A DNA stretch of 26,985 nt from contig CBFHOE010000005.1 in NCBI GenBank assembly GCA_965657355.1, forward strand, positions 264,053 to 291,037, read 5' to 3'. The notes under the pieces were generated by a model. It did no database searches, was not told where the DNA came from, and saw only the letters and a program-made list of their open reading frames with translations. This DNA comes from Limisphaerales bacterium (GTDB lineage Bacteria > Verrucomicrobiota > Verrucomicrobiia > Limisphaerales > JAJOIW01). Position 1 is the stretch's first letter. The number at the start of each line of letters is the position of its first letter. Below, piece after piece: positions 9,558-18,037 of this stretch. The position numbers were made by a program, and so were the translations under genes.

Positions 9558-10649
9558 TTATTCGGCTTTTCTTCGGAAAGGATAATAAGGTTCCCTTGTT
9601 GTGGGAAGTCTAAGACGCTTTAAAAGGTCTTTTGTAATTCTGGTTTCGGCCTCTTCCCAAAGAGGACTTTCAGCATCGTTAGTTACTTTAACGCTGCCTC
9701 CGCCAATTAATCCATGGCCTCCAGCGTCTCTTTTATTTTGAACCACATCTCTAAGGATCTCTCCGGCAGAAACACCAGTTCTGGAAAGCCGCAAGGACAT
9801 GTGAAGCTTTCCATGATAGCGCCCCGTGCAAAAAGCCCTTTTAGCTTTCTGATAAGTCAAAAGAAAATCGGCGACCATGGAGATCATATCTGGATGACTT
9901 ACATCGCCTAAGTGAGAGACAAGTAATCCCCTATGGTGGGTCGCTCGGCGAATCCCCCTGCCAAGTGCAGTGAAGGCGCCTTTTGAGCGGTCAGGACTCT
10001 GAATTTTGGAAAGAGCACGTAGATTACAAAGCGGCATTATTTCCTGGTAAGTCCTTATAAGGTCGCTTCTATATGATCTCGAAAAATTTGAAGTATCTGT
10101 CAATATCCCATAGATAAGAGCAGTAGCGAGCCACTCGGGAATATGTATACCCAACTCCAAAATAGCGCGAGCGATAACGACACAACTGGCTCCGCAATCT
10201 GGATCAACTATAAAAAAATCACTCCATGGATCTTTAGCTGATCCATGCTGATCGATCACAATAGTGGCCTTGCGATGGACAGTGAAGGAGTTATTTTCGA
10301 AACTAGGCTGAGTATCGACTAAGGCAATATTATGATATCTCTTAAGGTCCGAGGCTCTGAGTTTATAGAGCTTCAATTTAAGTTCTTTGACCATGGCACG
10401 ATTTTCGGCACGGCCTATCATTCCTCCATAGGCAACTCTCGCTTGAATACCAAACCCTTTTTCACATAGATATTCCAAGGCACAGCCACCCGCTATAGCA
10501 TCTGGGTCTGGAAAATCATGAACCATGATTAACAACGGTGAGAGATCTTTGCCTTGTTGAGACAAAAACTTAAGGAGAGGATGCGTAGTCAATGGTTGGA
10601 AGCCGGACTCACCCGAGTCATCGGTTCCTTGGTTTGCGTGCGTTGGCAT
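9558..10649 (-). CDS. DHH/DHHA1 family phosphoesterase
   Basis: HDFPDPDAIAG, LVDTQ, IDQH (DHH variant), YGILTDT and DHHA1-type AGGHGLIGGG. Confidence 0.88.
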   Translation of the reverse strand: MPTHANQGTDDSGESGFQPLTTHPLLKFLSQQGKDLSPLLIMVHDFPDPDAIAGGCALEYLCEKGFGIQARVAYGGMIGRAENRAMVKELKLKLYKLRASDLKRYHNIALVDTQPSFENNSFTVHRKATIVIDQHGSAKDPWSDFFIVDPDCGASCVVIARAILELGIHIPEWLATALIYGILTDTSNFSRSYRSDLIRTYQEIMPLCNLRALSKIQSPDRSKGAFTALGRGIRRATHHRGLLVSHLGDVSHPDMISMVADFLLTYQKAKRAFCTGRYHGKLHMSLRLSRTGVSAGEILRDVVQNKRDAGGHGLIGGGSVKVTNDAESPLWEEAETRITKDLLKRLRLPTTREPYYPFRRKAE

Positions 10650-10815
10650 TACAATTCACAAGGCAGCTAAATGGCCCCGGCAACCTTGTTATCCCTGATT
10701 GTTTAGGTTGTCTTGAGCAAATGCATCAAAAATGTGCATCCTGCCGGGGGCGACCGAAAAAATTCGGACTGTCTAAGATTCTCATGACCTCGACTAAAAT
10801 TGTCAATCGAACATT

Positions 10816-10838
10816 CTCAACTGAAATTTTCAGTTGAG
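10816..10838. repeat. Perfect 23-bp palindrome in divergent intergenic region
   Basis: CTCAACTGAAA-T-TTTCAGTTGAG. Confidence 0.85.
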
Positions 10839-11052
10839 TCGATCAAAATTCAGCGCTCCTGCCTTCGGCTCGTGACAAGATGGTCAGCAGTTTCCAATTG
10901 ACGGTACAAAATTTTAAGAAATAATCTACAAATTCATTAATATGACTATAAACATGTTCTTGGTTTAAATATTGGGACGGATGATTTGGAAAACTTCATT
11001 TGTCCATTAAATAAGAACAATGATGGCAGAAATAATTAATCCACTCCCAAAC

Positions 11053-12204
11053 ATGAAACATCTGACTTTTTCTCTACTCGTCACTCTCGGTTTAGCCTCA
11101 TTGACGGGTTGTAACTCTTTGAGGACCTGTTGCACAGGCCCTGGGCCAAACGCATCAATTATGAAAGAACCCTTTGGTAAAACAAAAGACGGTAAGGAAG
11201 TAGACATCTACACTCTGAAAAATAAAAACGGCGCCATCGCAAAGATAATGACTTATGGTGCTTTGGTCACTGAATTGCACGTTCCCGATAAGAAGGGTAA
11301 TTCGGGAGACATCGTCCTTGGTTTTGATAATTTGGCCGCCTACGAGGCTGGACACCCTTATTTTGGAGCTACCACAGGCAGGGTCGCCAACAGGATCGCA
11401 AATGGTAAGTTTACCTTGAATGGCGAAGAATATACCTTAGCTAAAAACAACGGCCCTAATCATCTCCACGGTGGGGTAGTGGGATTGGATAAGCGGATCT
11501 GGAGTGCCAAAGATGTGCCAACCCAAAATGGAGTTGCTGTGGAATTTCATTATCTCAGTCCAGATGGGGAAGAAGGGTATCCCGGCAACTTAGCAATTTT
11601 TGTCACTTATACCCTCAACGACAATAACGAGCTCATAATCGATTATAAAGCTACCACCGATAAGGCAACCCCTGTCAATTTGACAAATCATTCTTATTTC
11701 AATCTCGCGGGCGCCGGAAATGGAAATATCTATGATCATGAACTTCAAATAAAGGCTTCTCAATATACTCCGGTTGATGAAAATTTGATTCCAGTCGGCG
11801 CCCATGCGTCGGTCAAATCAACAATCATGGATTTCCGTGAACCCACCAGAATTGGCCAAGATATCAAGGGAACCAATTCTGACCCGCTTGGATTCGACCA
11901 TAATTGGGTTCTTGATAAAAAAAATGAAGGGGCATTGGAGAAAGTCATCTCAGTCTACGAGCCTACCTCAGGGCGGGTCATGGAAATCAGCACCACAGAG
12001 CCGGGAGTCCAATTCTATACTGGCAACTTTCTCGATGGGACTTTGACTGGAAAATCTGGAAAGGTTTACCACCAGCACTACGCCTTCTGCCTTGAAACAC
12101 AGCACTTTCCCGATTCCATCAATCAACCCAACTTCCCATCCATAGTGCTTAAACCTGGAGAAACCTATACTCAGACGACTGTGCACAAATTTTCAACTCG
12201 TTGA
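11053..12204 (+). CDS. galM: Aldose 1-epimerase (galactose mutarotase), predicted lipoprotein
   Basis: YFGATTGRVANRI, HLHGG, EEGYPGNL, NLTNHSYFNL, GFDHNW and CLETQHFPD. The N-terminus from the ATG at 11053 is MKHLTFSLLVTLGLASLTG-C (lipobox). Confidence 0.93.
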   Translation: MKHLTFSLLVTLGLASLTGCNSLRTCCTGPGPNASIMKEPFGKTKDGKEVDIYTLKNKNGAIAKIMTYGALVTELHVPDKKGNSGDIVLGFDNLAAYEAGHPYFGATTGRVANRIANGKFTLNGEEYTLAKNNGPNHLHGGVVGLDKRIWSAKDVPTQNGVAVEFHYLSPDGEEGYPGNLAIFVTYTLNDNNELIIDYKATTDKATPVNLTNHSYFNLAGAGNGNIYDHELQIKASQYTPVDENLIPVGAHASVKSTIMDFREPTRIGQDIKGTNSDPLGFDHNWVLDKKNEGALEKVISVYEPTSGRVMEISTTEPGVQFYTGNFLDGTLTGKSGKVYHQHYAFCLETQHFPDSINQPNFPSIVLKPGETYTQTTVHKFSTR

Positions 12205-12237
12205 TCGCATATATTTAGAAAAACCCTAAAACCACAG

Positions 12238-12260
12238 GCCCCATTTTATGGGGCTCTTTT
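12238..12260 (+). terminator. Probable intrinsic terminator after galM
   Basis: GCCCCAT-TTT-ATGGGGC followed by TCTTTT. Confidence 0.55.
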
Positions 12261-12342
12261 GTTGTTTTGGGGCTGTGGTAAGCATTCATACTTATAGCTT
12301 GCTTGATTTTTTAGGATTGGATAATGTTTTCATCCTTTTCGC

Positions 12343-12429
12343 GCACATATGGCGGAATTGGCAGACGCGCTACCTTGAGGTGGTAGTGGGAGAAATCCCG
12401 TGCAGGTTCAAGTCCTGCTATGTGCACCA
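12343..12429 (+). tRNA. tRNA-Leu (anticodon GAG)
   Basis: Acceptor stem GCACATA/TATGTGC, D arm GGCGGAATTGGCAGACGC, anticodon arm CTACC-TTGAGGT-GGTAG, long variable arm GGGAGAAATCCC, T arm GCAGG-TTCAAGT-CCTGC, and encoded CCA. Confidence 0.97.
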
Positions 12430-12819
12430 TTCTCTTTTATTGTTAAAATTTTCCACTCCCTGCCAGTTATCTTTGTAGTCATAAGATGTGTCACCTTGAT
12501 ATCTGAAAAAATCGTATTTGGAATTATTGGAAGGGAGAAGAGAGATTTAACTCTTCTATTTTTCGCCACAACTACAGCAAGGTTCTATTTTTCCTTTTCG
12601 TTTTTTTAAGACTTCTAGTTCTCCTGCCTTTTTGAAGGCTTTTTCGTTTTTATCAGCATGTCGGCACAAGTTGAGGTATTTTTATTACGTCCCGTCGCGC
12701 ACTGTCAGATTAAAGAATCCACAACCTGCAGTGATTTTAAGCCAATTGAAATATGAGCCATTGGGTGTAGGTTTACGGAAATAAGATAAAATTTTCATGA
12801 TTAAGCCAAATTAGATTTG

Positions 12820-14316
12820 ATGAAGAGTGCCCTTTTAATATTTCCTCACCAACTGTTTGAAAACCACCCTGGTTTAAAAAAGAATCCAGACGTGGTAATA
12901 TTATCCGAAGACACTCTTTTTTTCGGAGATCGCTCGTATCCCAGCCGCTTCCATAAACAAAAATTAGCCTTTCACCGAGCATCAATGAAAAGCTGGCAAT
13001 CTACTTTGATGCAAAAAGGTTACGAGGTTTCCTATTTTGAGTATGCCAAAGACCAATCCCAAATGGAAAATATCTACGCGCATCTCAAAGCGGGAGGTTA
13101 TGAAAAAATTCTAATTTGTGACCCGGTGGACTTCATTCTTGTGAAGCGACTTAAAGCACAAGCCGCCAGATATAAAATAACTTTAGAGTTCATGGTGAGC
13201 CCGGGGTGGCTGAATTCCAGAAAGGACAATCAGGACTATCGCGATGGAAAAAAACGCTGGTTTATGGCGGACTTCTACCAACATCAAAGACGGCGACTCG
13301 ATATATTAATGGACGGCGATAAACCGACAGGGGAAAAGTGGAGCTTTGATGAGGAGAACAGAAAAAAAGTACCCAAAAAGTTACTATCTGAAATCCCTAA
13401 ACTGCGATTCCCTGCCAAGTCTGAATTTTATCAAGAGGCCGAGGATTATGTGATTAAGCATTTCCCCAATAACCCAGGTATGACCAAGGAGGTTTATTAC
13501 CCAATTAATCATGCCGATGCAAAAAAATGGCTTGCCGATTTTCTGAAACACAGATTAAACAATTTTGGGCCGTATGAAGATGCTATTGTTGCTGGACAAA
13601 ACTGGCTTTGGCACAGCGTGTTAACCCCACTTATAAATACGGGATTGCTGACTCCAAATCAGGTTATAAAAGAAACGATCAAACACTGTCAAAAATATGA
13701 TGTTCCGTTACCAAGTCTTGAAGGGTTTGTGAGACAAATTATTGGGTGGCGCGAATTCATGAGAGCCACTTATGAGGATTTAGGTGTAACCATGCGCAAT
13801 GGAAATCATTGGAATCATCATAATAAAATGCCATCGTCTTTTTATTCTGGAGCGACCGGAATTGAACCCATCGACGATACCGTAAACCGTATTCTGAAAA
13901 CAGGATACTGCCACCACATAGAAAGATTGATGATTCTCGGTGGTTTTATGTTTTTATGCGAGATAGACCCTAATGAAATCTATAAATGGTTCATGGAATT
14001 ATTTATAGATAGCTATGATTGGGTCATGGTGCCGAATGTTTATGCAATGAGCCAAAATGCCGACGGCGGATTAATAACGACAAAACCTTATTTCTCAGGA
14101 TCTAACTATGTCAGAAAAATGAGTCATTATCCAAAAGGTGAATGGGCTGACATATGGGACGCGCTATATTGGAGATGGATTATAAATCATTCGGACGAAT
14201 TAAGAAAAAATCCTCGATGGTCCATGATGGTCCGAATGGCTGATAAGTTACCAGTTGAGAAAAAAGAAGGCCACTTTGCTCTAGCTGAAAATTTCTTAAA
14301 AAAGTTACACCATTAA
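12820..14316 (+). CDS. Cryptochrome/photolyase family protein, prokaryotic (6-4) photolyase (PhrB/CryB-like) lacking Fe-S ligands
   Basis: LIFPHQLF, HKQKLAFHRASM, FMADFYQHQRRRL, GEKWSFDEENRK, FGPYEDA, EGFVRQIIGWREF, HHIERLM, DSYDWVMVPNV and TKPY. Confidence 0.92.
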   Translation: MKSALLIFPHQLFENHPGLKKNPDVVILSEDTLFFGDRSYPSRFHKQKLAFHRASMKSWQSTLMQKGYEVSYFEYAKDQSQMENIYAHLKAGGYEKILICDPVDFILVKRLKAQAARYKITLEFMVSPGWLNSRKDNQDYRDGKKRWFMADFYQHQRRRLDILMDGDKPTGEKWSFDEENRKKVPKKLLSEIPKLRFPAKSEFYQEAEDYVIKHFPNNPGMTKEVYYPINHADAKKWLADFLKHRLNNFGPYEDAIVAGQNWLWHSVLTPLINTGLLTPNQVIKETIKHCQKYDVPLPSLEGFVRQIIGWREFMRATYEDLGVTMRNGNHWNHHNKMPSSFYSGATGIEPIDDTVNRILKTGYCHHIERLMILGGFMFLCEIDPNEIYKWFMELFIDSYDWVMVPNVYAMSQNADGGLITTKPYFSGSNYVRKMSHYPKGEWADIWDALYWRWIINHSDELRKNPRWSMMVRMADKLPVEKKEGHFALAENFLKKLHH

Positions 14317-14380
14317 TTTTTAAGAAAAACTACTAATTGAGTTATTGAAGTTGAGTATCGATGTTAGCTGATGCTTATGT

Positions 14381-15442
14381 TTACTTAAGTTTTACTATTT
14401 TGGGAACCCAAGATTGGTCCAATGTTGCCTTTACTAAAACGTGCCCTTTAGCACTTGAATTTCGAGATGCCCGAATTTGGTTTTCAATTTCCTGATCAGA
14501 GACACCCCAACCTTGGATGACCGAAATTATCTGCTCACGCGGCCATGCCTTCTTTCCATTTTTGAGTGGCATAGTTTGAAATTGCTCAATGACTATCTTC
14601 ACCCAGCCACCAGGTTCGCCATACTTGGAATTAGTTCTTTCGAGGTCCTTGAAGAATGCAGCAGCGCCCACAATGTTGGAATATTTTGAAATTTCACTGA
14701 GCTGTCTAGACCAGGCTTTCCAGCAAATTCCTTTGTAGCACCCAACGCCAGCACAAAAATGAGGTTTATCGCCTTCCTCGCATTCTGTGTAAAAAACAGG
14801 TATGAAGTTTACGCCATTATACAAAGAAGATAATTTTTGTAGAAATTGCCCTGGTGCTTTATCTCCTATCAAATCCGTCGTTTTCTTGGGTCCGTAATCA
14901 CTTGTCCATCTGCATAAATTGTTACCACACCCACATGAACTTGGAGCTCCTTGAATATTATTGAGCCAGACGGTTTTGGGTTTAGGCAGCTTTGAGAGCA
15001 ACTCGTTGATTCGTTTCAAATGCAGTTCTAACCCTTGTTTGTGAAGAATTGGAATCCATGGAAATGTTTTGACAACTTCGTCTTTTTTTTCTTTTGGAAA
15101 ACTCGGATAGTAACGCCTCCACTCTGGATGCCCTTGGAGGCTAGACATTAATTCTGGTTGTTGGTTGGCAATGTGGGGAACGCGGGCGACCTCGATCAAA
15201 TAAACAACGCTTCCTTGCTTGGAAAAAAGGGTACGAGCGGCCTTCGTGTTATTTTCATGATTAATTGGATCCAACTTGCATATGACTTCGTACCCCCTCT
15301 CATTCCATTCCTTTGCAAGCTCTGATGAAATATCTTTCGAATCAAAAACCACGCCTTGGTATGGCGACTCACTGAAACCGGCCAATGGGAGATATAGGCC
15401 TAAAATCATAAGACCGATTTTATGCTTTAACAAAGAAGTCAT
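14381..15442 (-). CDS. Hypothetical exported protein with Cys clusters
   Basis: Long ORF. The likely start is ATG 15442, giving a signal-like N-terminus (MTSLLKHKIGLMILGLYLPLAGFS). Contains SSCGCGNNLCRW and ECEE..FCAGVGCYKGICW. Confidence 0.7.
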   Translation of the reverse strand: MTSLLKHKIGLMILGLYLPLAGFSESPYQGVVFDSKDISSELAKEWNERGYEVICKLDPINHENNTKAARTLFSKQGSVVYLIEVARVPHIANQQPELMSSLQGHPEWRRYYPSFPKEKKDEVVKTFPWIPILHKQGLELHLKRINELLSKLPKPKTVWLNNIQGAPSSCGCGNNLCRWTSDYGPKKTTDLIGDKAPGQFLQKLSSLYNGVNFIPVFYTECEEGDKPHFCAGVGCYKGICWKAWSRQLSEISKYSNIVGAAAFFKDLERTNSKYGEPGGWVKIVIEQFQTMPLKNGKKAWPREQIISVIQGWGVSDQEIENQIRASRNSSAKGHVLVKATLDQSWVPKIVKLK

Positions 15443-15464
15443 GATATGAAATATTTTGCTTTTT

Positions 15465-16526
15465 TCAATTTTTCGAAATAGGCCTTGAATCTGGAAAGGC
15501 AGCAATCCAAGCATTTTTGCTACTTTGTATTGATGGTATCCATTTTAGATCGCGCCCTCGGAGTGGCCCATCAACGGCTCTTCCGGCAAGAGTCCACCTA
15601 GTCCCGGTCTCTTTGTCTTTGAAAGGAGCTGTTAAAGGAGATATTTCGTCGGCATAAAACGTAAGCTTCTTACCTTTAGATTCTGCCGAATAAGCGACTG
15701 CTGTTTTTGTGGGCCCATACCATAGGAGGCAAACACGCATCTGCCCAATCTCAACTGTTTCGCTAAATCTTTTTTTATCTACGGGTGGTTCCCAATGAAA
15801 CTTTGGTTCTACATCCAGTCCAAGGGTGATGACCTGAGCGGATGTTTTTACATTTTCTTTACCTTCAAGAGAAGTTGAATCATAGCGATTACCGTCAAAA
15901 AGGTCATAAGTCGTGGACTCTGGATGAAGAAGAAGCCAATGTCCCCAGGTAGTGCGTATATTGGGAATTCTATTTAGCTTCATACCTTTTTGTGGTCCAG
16001 ATAATCCAATCCCCTTTATAGCAGACCAAATGGTACCGTCTTTTCCCCGCACGACCATTTCTCCATTGATACGGCCCACGTATTGGTAGCCATAATCCTT
16101 TTGATAGGCTGCAATGAAATTTTCTTTAGGGTCGTACATGAATAAGCCATATGTGTCATTAACGACCCGATATTTATTGAGAAAGTATTTTAATGGAAAC
16201 GCACCACCATTGTGAGCTCCTCTTATCCAAGCTAAAACAGAATCACTTGCATCAATTAAACCTTTTTCATGTTGTTCAATGCAGTAGGAACACGGGGGCT
16301 CAGTCAATGGTTCAAAGATTCTAGGAAGCGGAGAAATATTTTGCTCTAAATCGACCCCGCTAGCCAAAGAGATAAAGCCGAATAAAGCGATTTGAATTAA
16401 GGCGTAAAAATGCTTTCTCCAAAAACATTTTTGATACATTTGAGAATATTTAATGACCTGACTCATTGATTTAAAAACCACGAATAACAATGACATAAAG
16501 CTTAGCATAACCCACCTTATTGACAC
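15465..16526 (-). CDS. DUF3179-like domain protein; start uncertain (possibly 16438)
   Basis: PPCSYC, GTIWSAIKG..LSGPQKG.KL..IP...TTWGHWLLLHPES and FKDKETGTRWTLAGRAVDGPLRG are DUF3179-type repeats. A hydrophobic signal-like segment lies near the N-terminus. Confidence 0.75.
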   Translation of the reverse strand: MSIRWVMLSFMSLLFVVFKSMSQVIKYSQMYQKCFWRKHFYALIQIALFGFISLASGVDLEQNISPLPRIFEPLTEPPCSYCIEQHEKGLIDASDSVLAWIRGAHNGGAFPLKYFLNKYRVVNDTYGLFMYDPKENFIAAYQKDYGYQYVGRINGEMVVRGKDGTIWSAIKGIGLSGPQKGMKLNRIPNIRTTWGHWLLLHPESTTYDLFDGNRYDSTSLEGKENVKTSAQVITLGLDVEPKFHWEPPVDKKRFSETVEIGQMRVCLLWYGPTKTAVAYSAESKGKKLTFYADEISPLTAPFKDKETGTRWTLAGRAVDGPLRGRDLKWIPSIQSSKNAWIAAFPDSRPISKN

Positions 16527-17073
16527 TAACTTTCTTAGGAATTTATGTAATTTGGATGGCGAATTTCATGAGGCATTTGTGATACTCCCCCGTGTGTAAG
16601 GAATCAATTTTTTCACATGCTTGCTCAGTTGAAGGTCTTGATTAAGGGATGTGTATTTCAATGGAAATAGGCCAAGGGATAAACCAAGACACTCACCCTT
16701 ACAAAATAGAAGTTTTAATGGCTTACCGACGTCGTAAATGTCATGCAAAAACTGATCAAGTGAAAAATTTTGAGCTTTGAGCTGAATTGGAGGCAATAAG
16801 CCGATGAGACAATCGTCAATTATATTTAGGCATCCATTTTTAGCGATATAACTTTCAAAAAGGGTGCGTTTTATATTTCATTTATTGATCTCATTAAATT
16901 TTTGGAAACCATCTCGTTCATGAAATAACCGATGAAATAGCTTGTGGAATTATCAATATGATTTTGATCACAAATCAATAGGCAAACCAAGTTTGATAGT
17001 CGACAAAATAGATTGTTCCCACATTTTGCAACTGAGCGACCAAAAATTTGACTAATGGATTAAAATCTGAGGC

Positions 17074-18027
17074 ATGGTAAAAGAAGATAATCAAAATATC
17101 TTTCAGGGCTGTATCCCAGCCTTAATGACACCGTGTGATGCCAATGGGGATCCGAGATATGATCTTTTGGTGAGTAAAGCGAGTGAGTTGATAGACACTG
17201 GAATGCGAGCTGTTGTCTATTGTGGATCTATGGGTGATTGGCCACTCCTGACTTCTGAGCAAAGGCAAAAAGGTATAAAAGAATTGACTCGAGCCGGGAT
17301 ACCGGTCGTGGTTGGCACTGGTGCTCAAAATCCGAGACAGGCTGTTGCTCATGCCGTGCACGCTCAAGAAGTAGGGGCTCGGGGACTCATGGTCATACCG
17401 AGGGTTTTGTCGAGAGGCACGTCCTCTATTGCTCAGGAGAATCATTTTCGAGATATTTTAAAAGCAGCGCCTGATCTTCCAGCCGTTATTTACAACAGCC
17501 CATATTATGGCTTTGAAACTAAAGCCGACCTTTTTTTTAAGTTAAGGTCCAATCACTCTAACCTTGTAGGTTTTAAAGAATTTGGAGGCGCAAATTCTTT
17601 AAGTTACGCAGCCGAATTTATCACAGGTGACAACCCTGACCTGACACTCATGGTTGGAGTAGATACGCAGGTCACACATGGGTATCTAAAATGCGGAGCC
17701 AAAGGAGCGATTACGGGGGTAGGAAATGCATTACCAAACCAAATACTCCGATTAGTTACTCTCTGCGAAAGAGGCGCAGCTGGTGACCCAGTCGCGAGAA
17801 AACTTGCCTTAGAGCTGGAGGACGCTCTGTGTGTGCTTTCAAAATTTGATGAAGGCCCTGATCTAGTATTGTTCTATAAAGAGCTAATGGTTCTGGAGGG
17901 CAATCCTGAGTATAAATACAATATCAATCCAAATGACCAACTATCATCAAGCCAAAGGGAATTTCTTCATATGCATTGGAAGCTGTTTATAAATTGGTGG
18001 AGTCAATGGCAAGGTGCAAACGACTAA
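17074..18027 (+). CDS. Dihydrodipicolinate synthase (DapA/NAL) family protein, resembling hydroxyproline-pathway deaminases
   Basis: GCIPALMTP, VVYCGSMGDW, IYNSPYYG, Schiff-base GFKEFGG and GAITGVGN. The GSMGDW motif differs from the GTTGE of true DapA. Confidence 0.85.
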   Translation: MVKEDNQNIFQGCIPALMTPCDANGDPRYDLLVSKASELIDTGMRAVVYCGSMGDWPLLTSEQRQKGIKELTRAGIPVVVGTGAQNPRQAVAHAVHAQEVGARGLMVIPRVLSRGTSSIAQENHFRDILKAAPDLPAVIYNSPYYGFETKADLFFKLRSNHSNLVGFKEFGGANSLSYAAEFITGDNPDLTLMVGVDTQVTHGYLKCGAKGAITGVGNALPNQILRLVTLCERGAAGDPVARKLALELEDALCVLSKFDEGPDLVLFYKELMVLEGNPEYKYNINPNDQLSSSQREFLHMHWKLFINWWSQWQGAND

Positions 18028-18037
18028 TTCTCTTATC

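Noticed and set aside
10722..10738. NtrC-like site TGCATCAAAATGTGCA
   Set aside because: It is one base shorter than the 17-bp consensus, and I found no sigma54 -24/-12 element.
12540..12680. Minus-strand open stretch ending in PCCSCGEK
   Set aside because: It is short, has in-frame stops just upstream, and has no convincing start or recognisable family.
12343..12820. tRNA-Leu as an integration site of a genomic island
   Set aside because: No integrase, and I found no duplicate of the tRNA 3' end in the window.
16566..16796. 76-aa minus-strand ORF in the intergenic region
   Set aside because: TTG start, no motifs and no evident RBS; probably spurious.
16959..16978. Imperfect palindrome TGATTTTGATCACAAATCA upstream of the DHDPS-family gene
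   Set aside because: It is bulged and AT-rich, and cannot be distinguished from chance.
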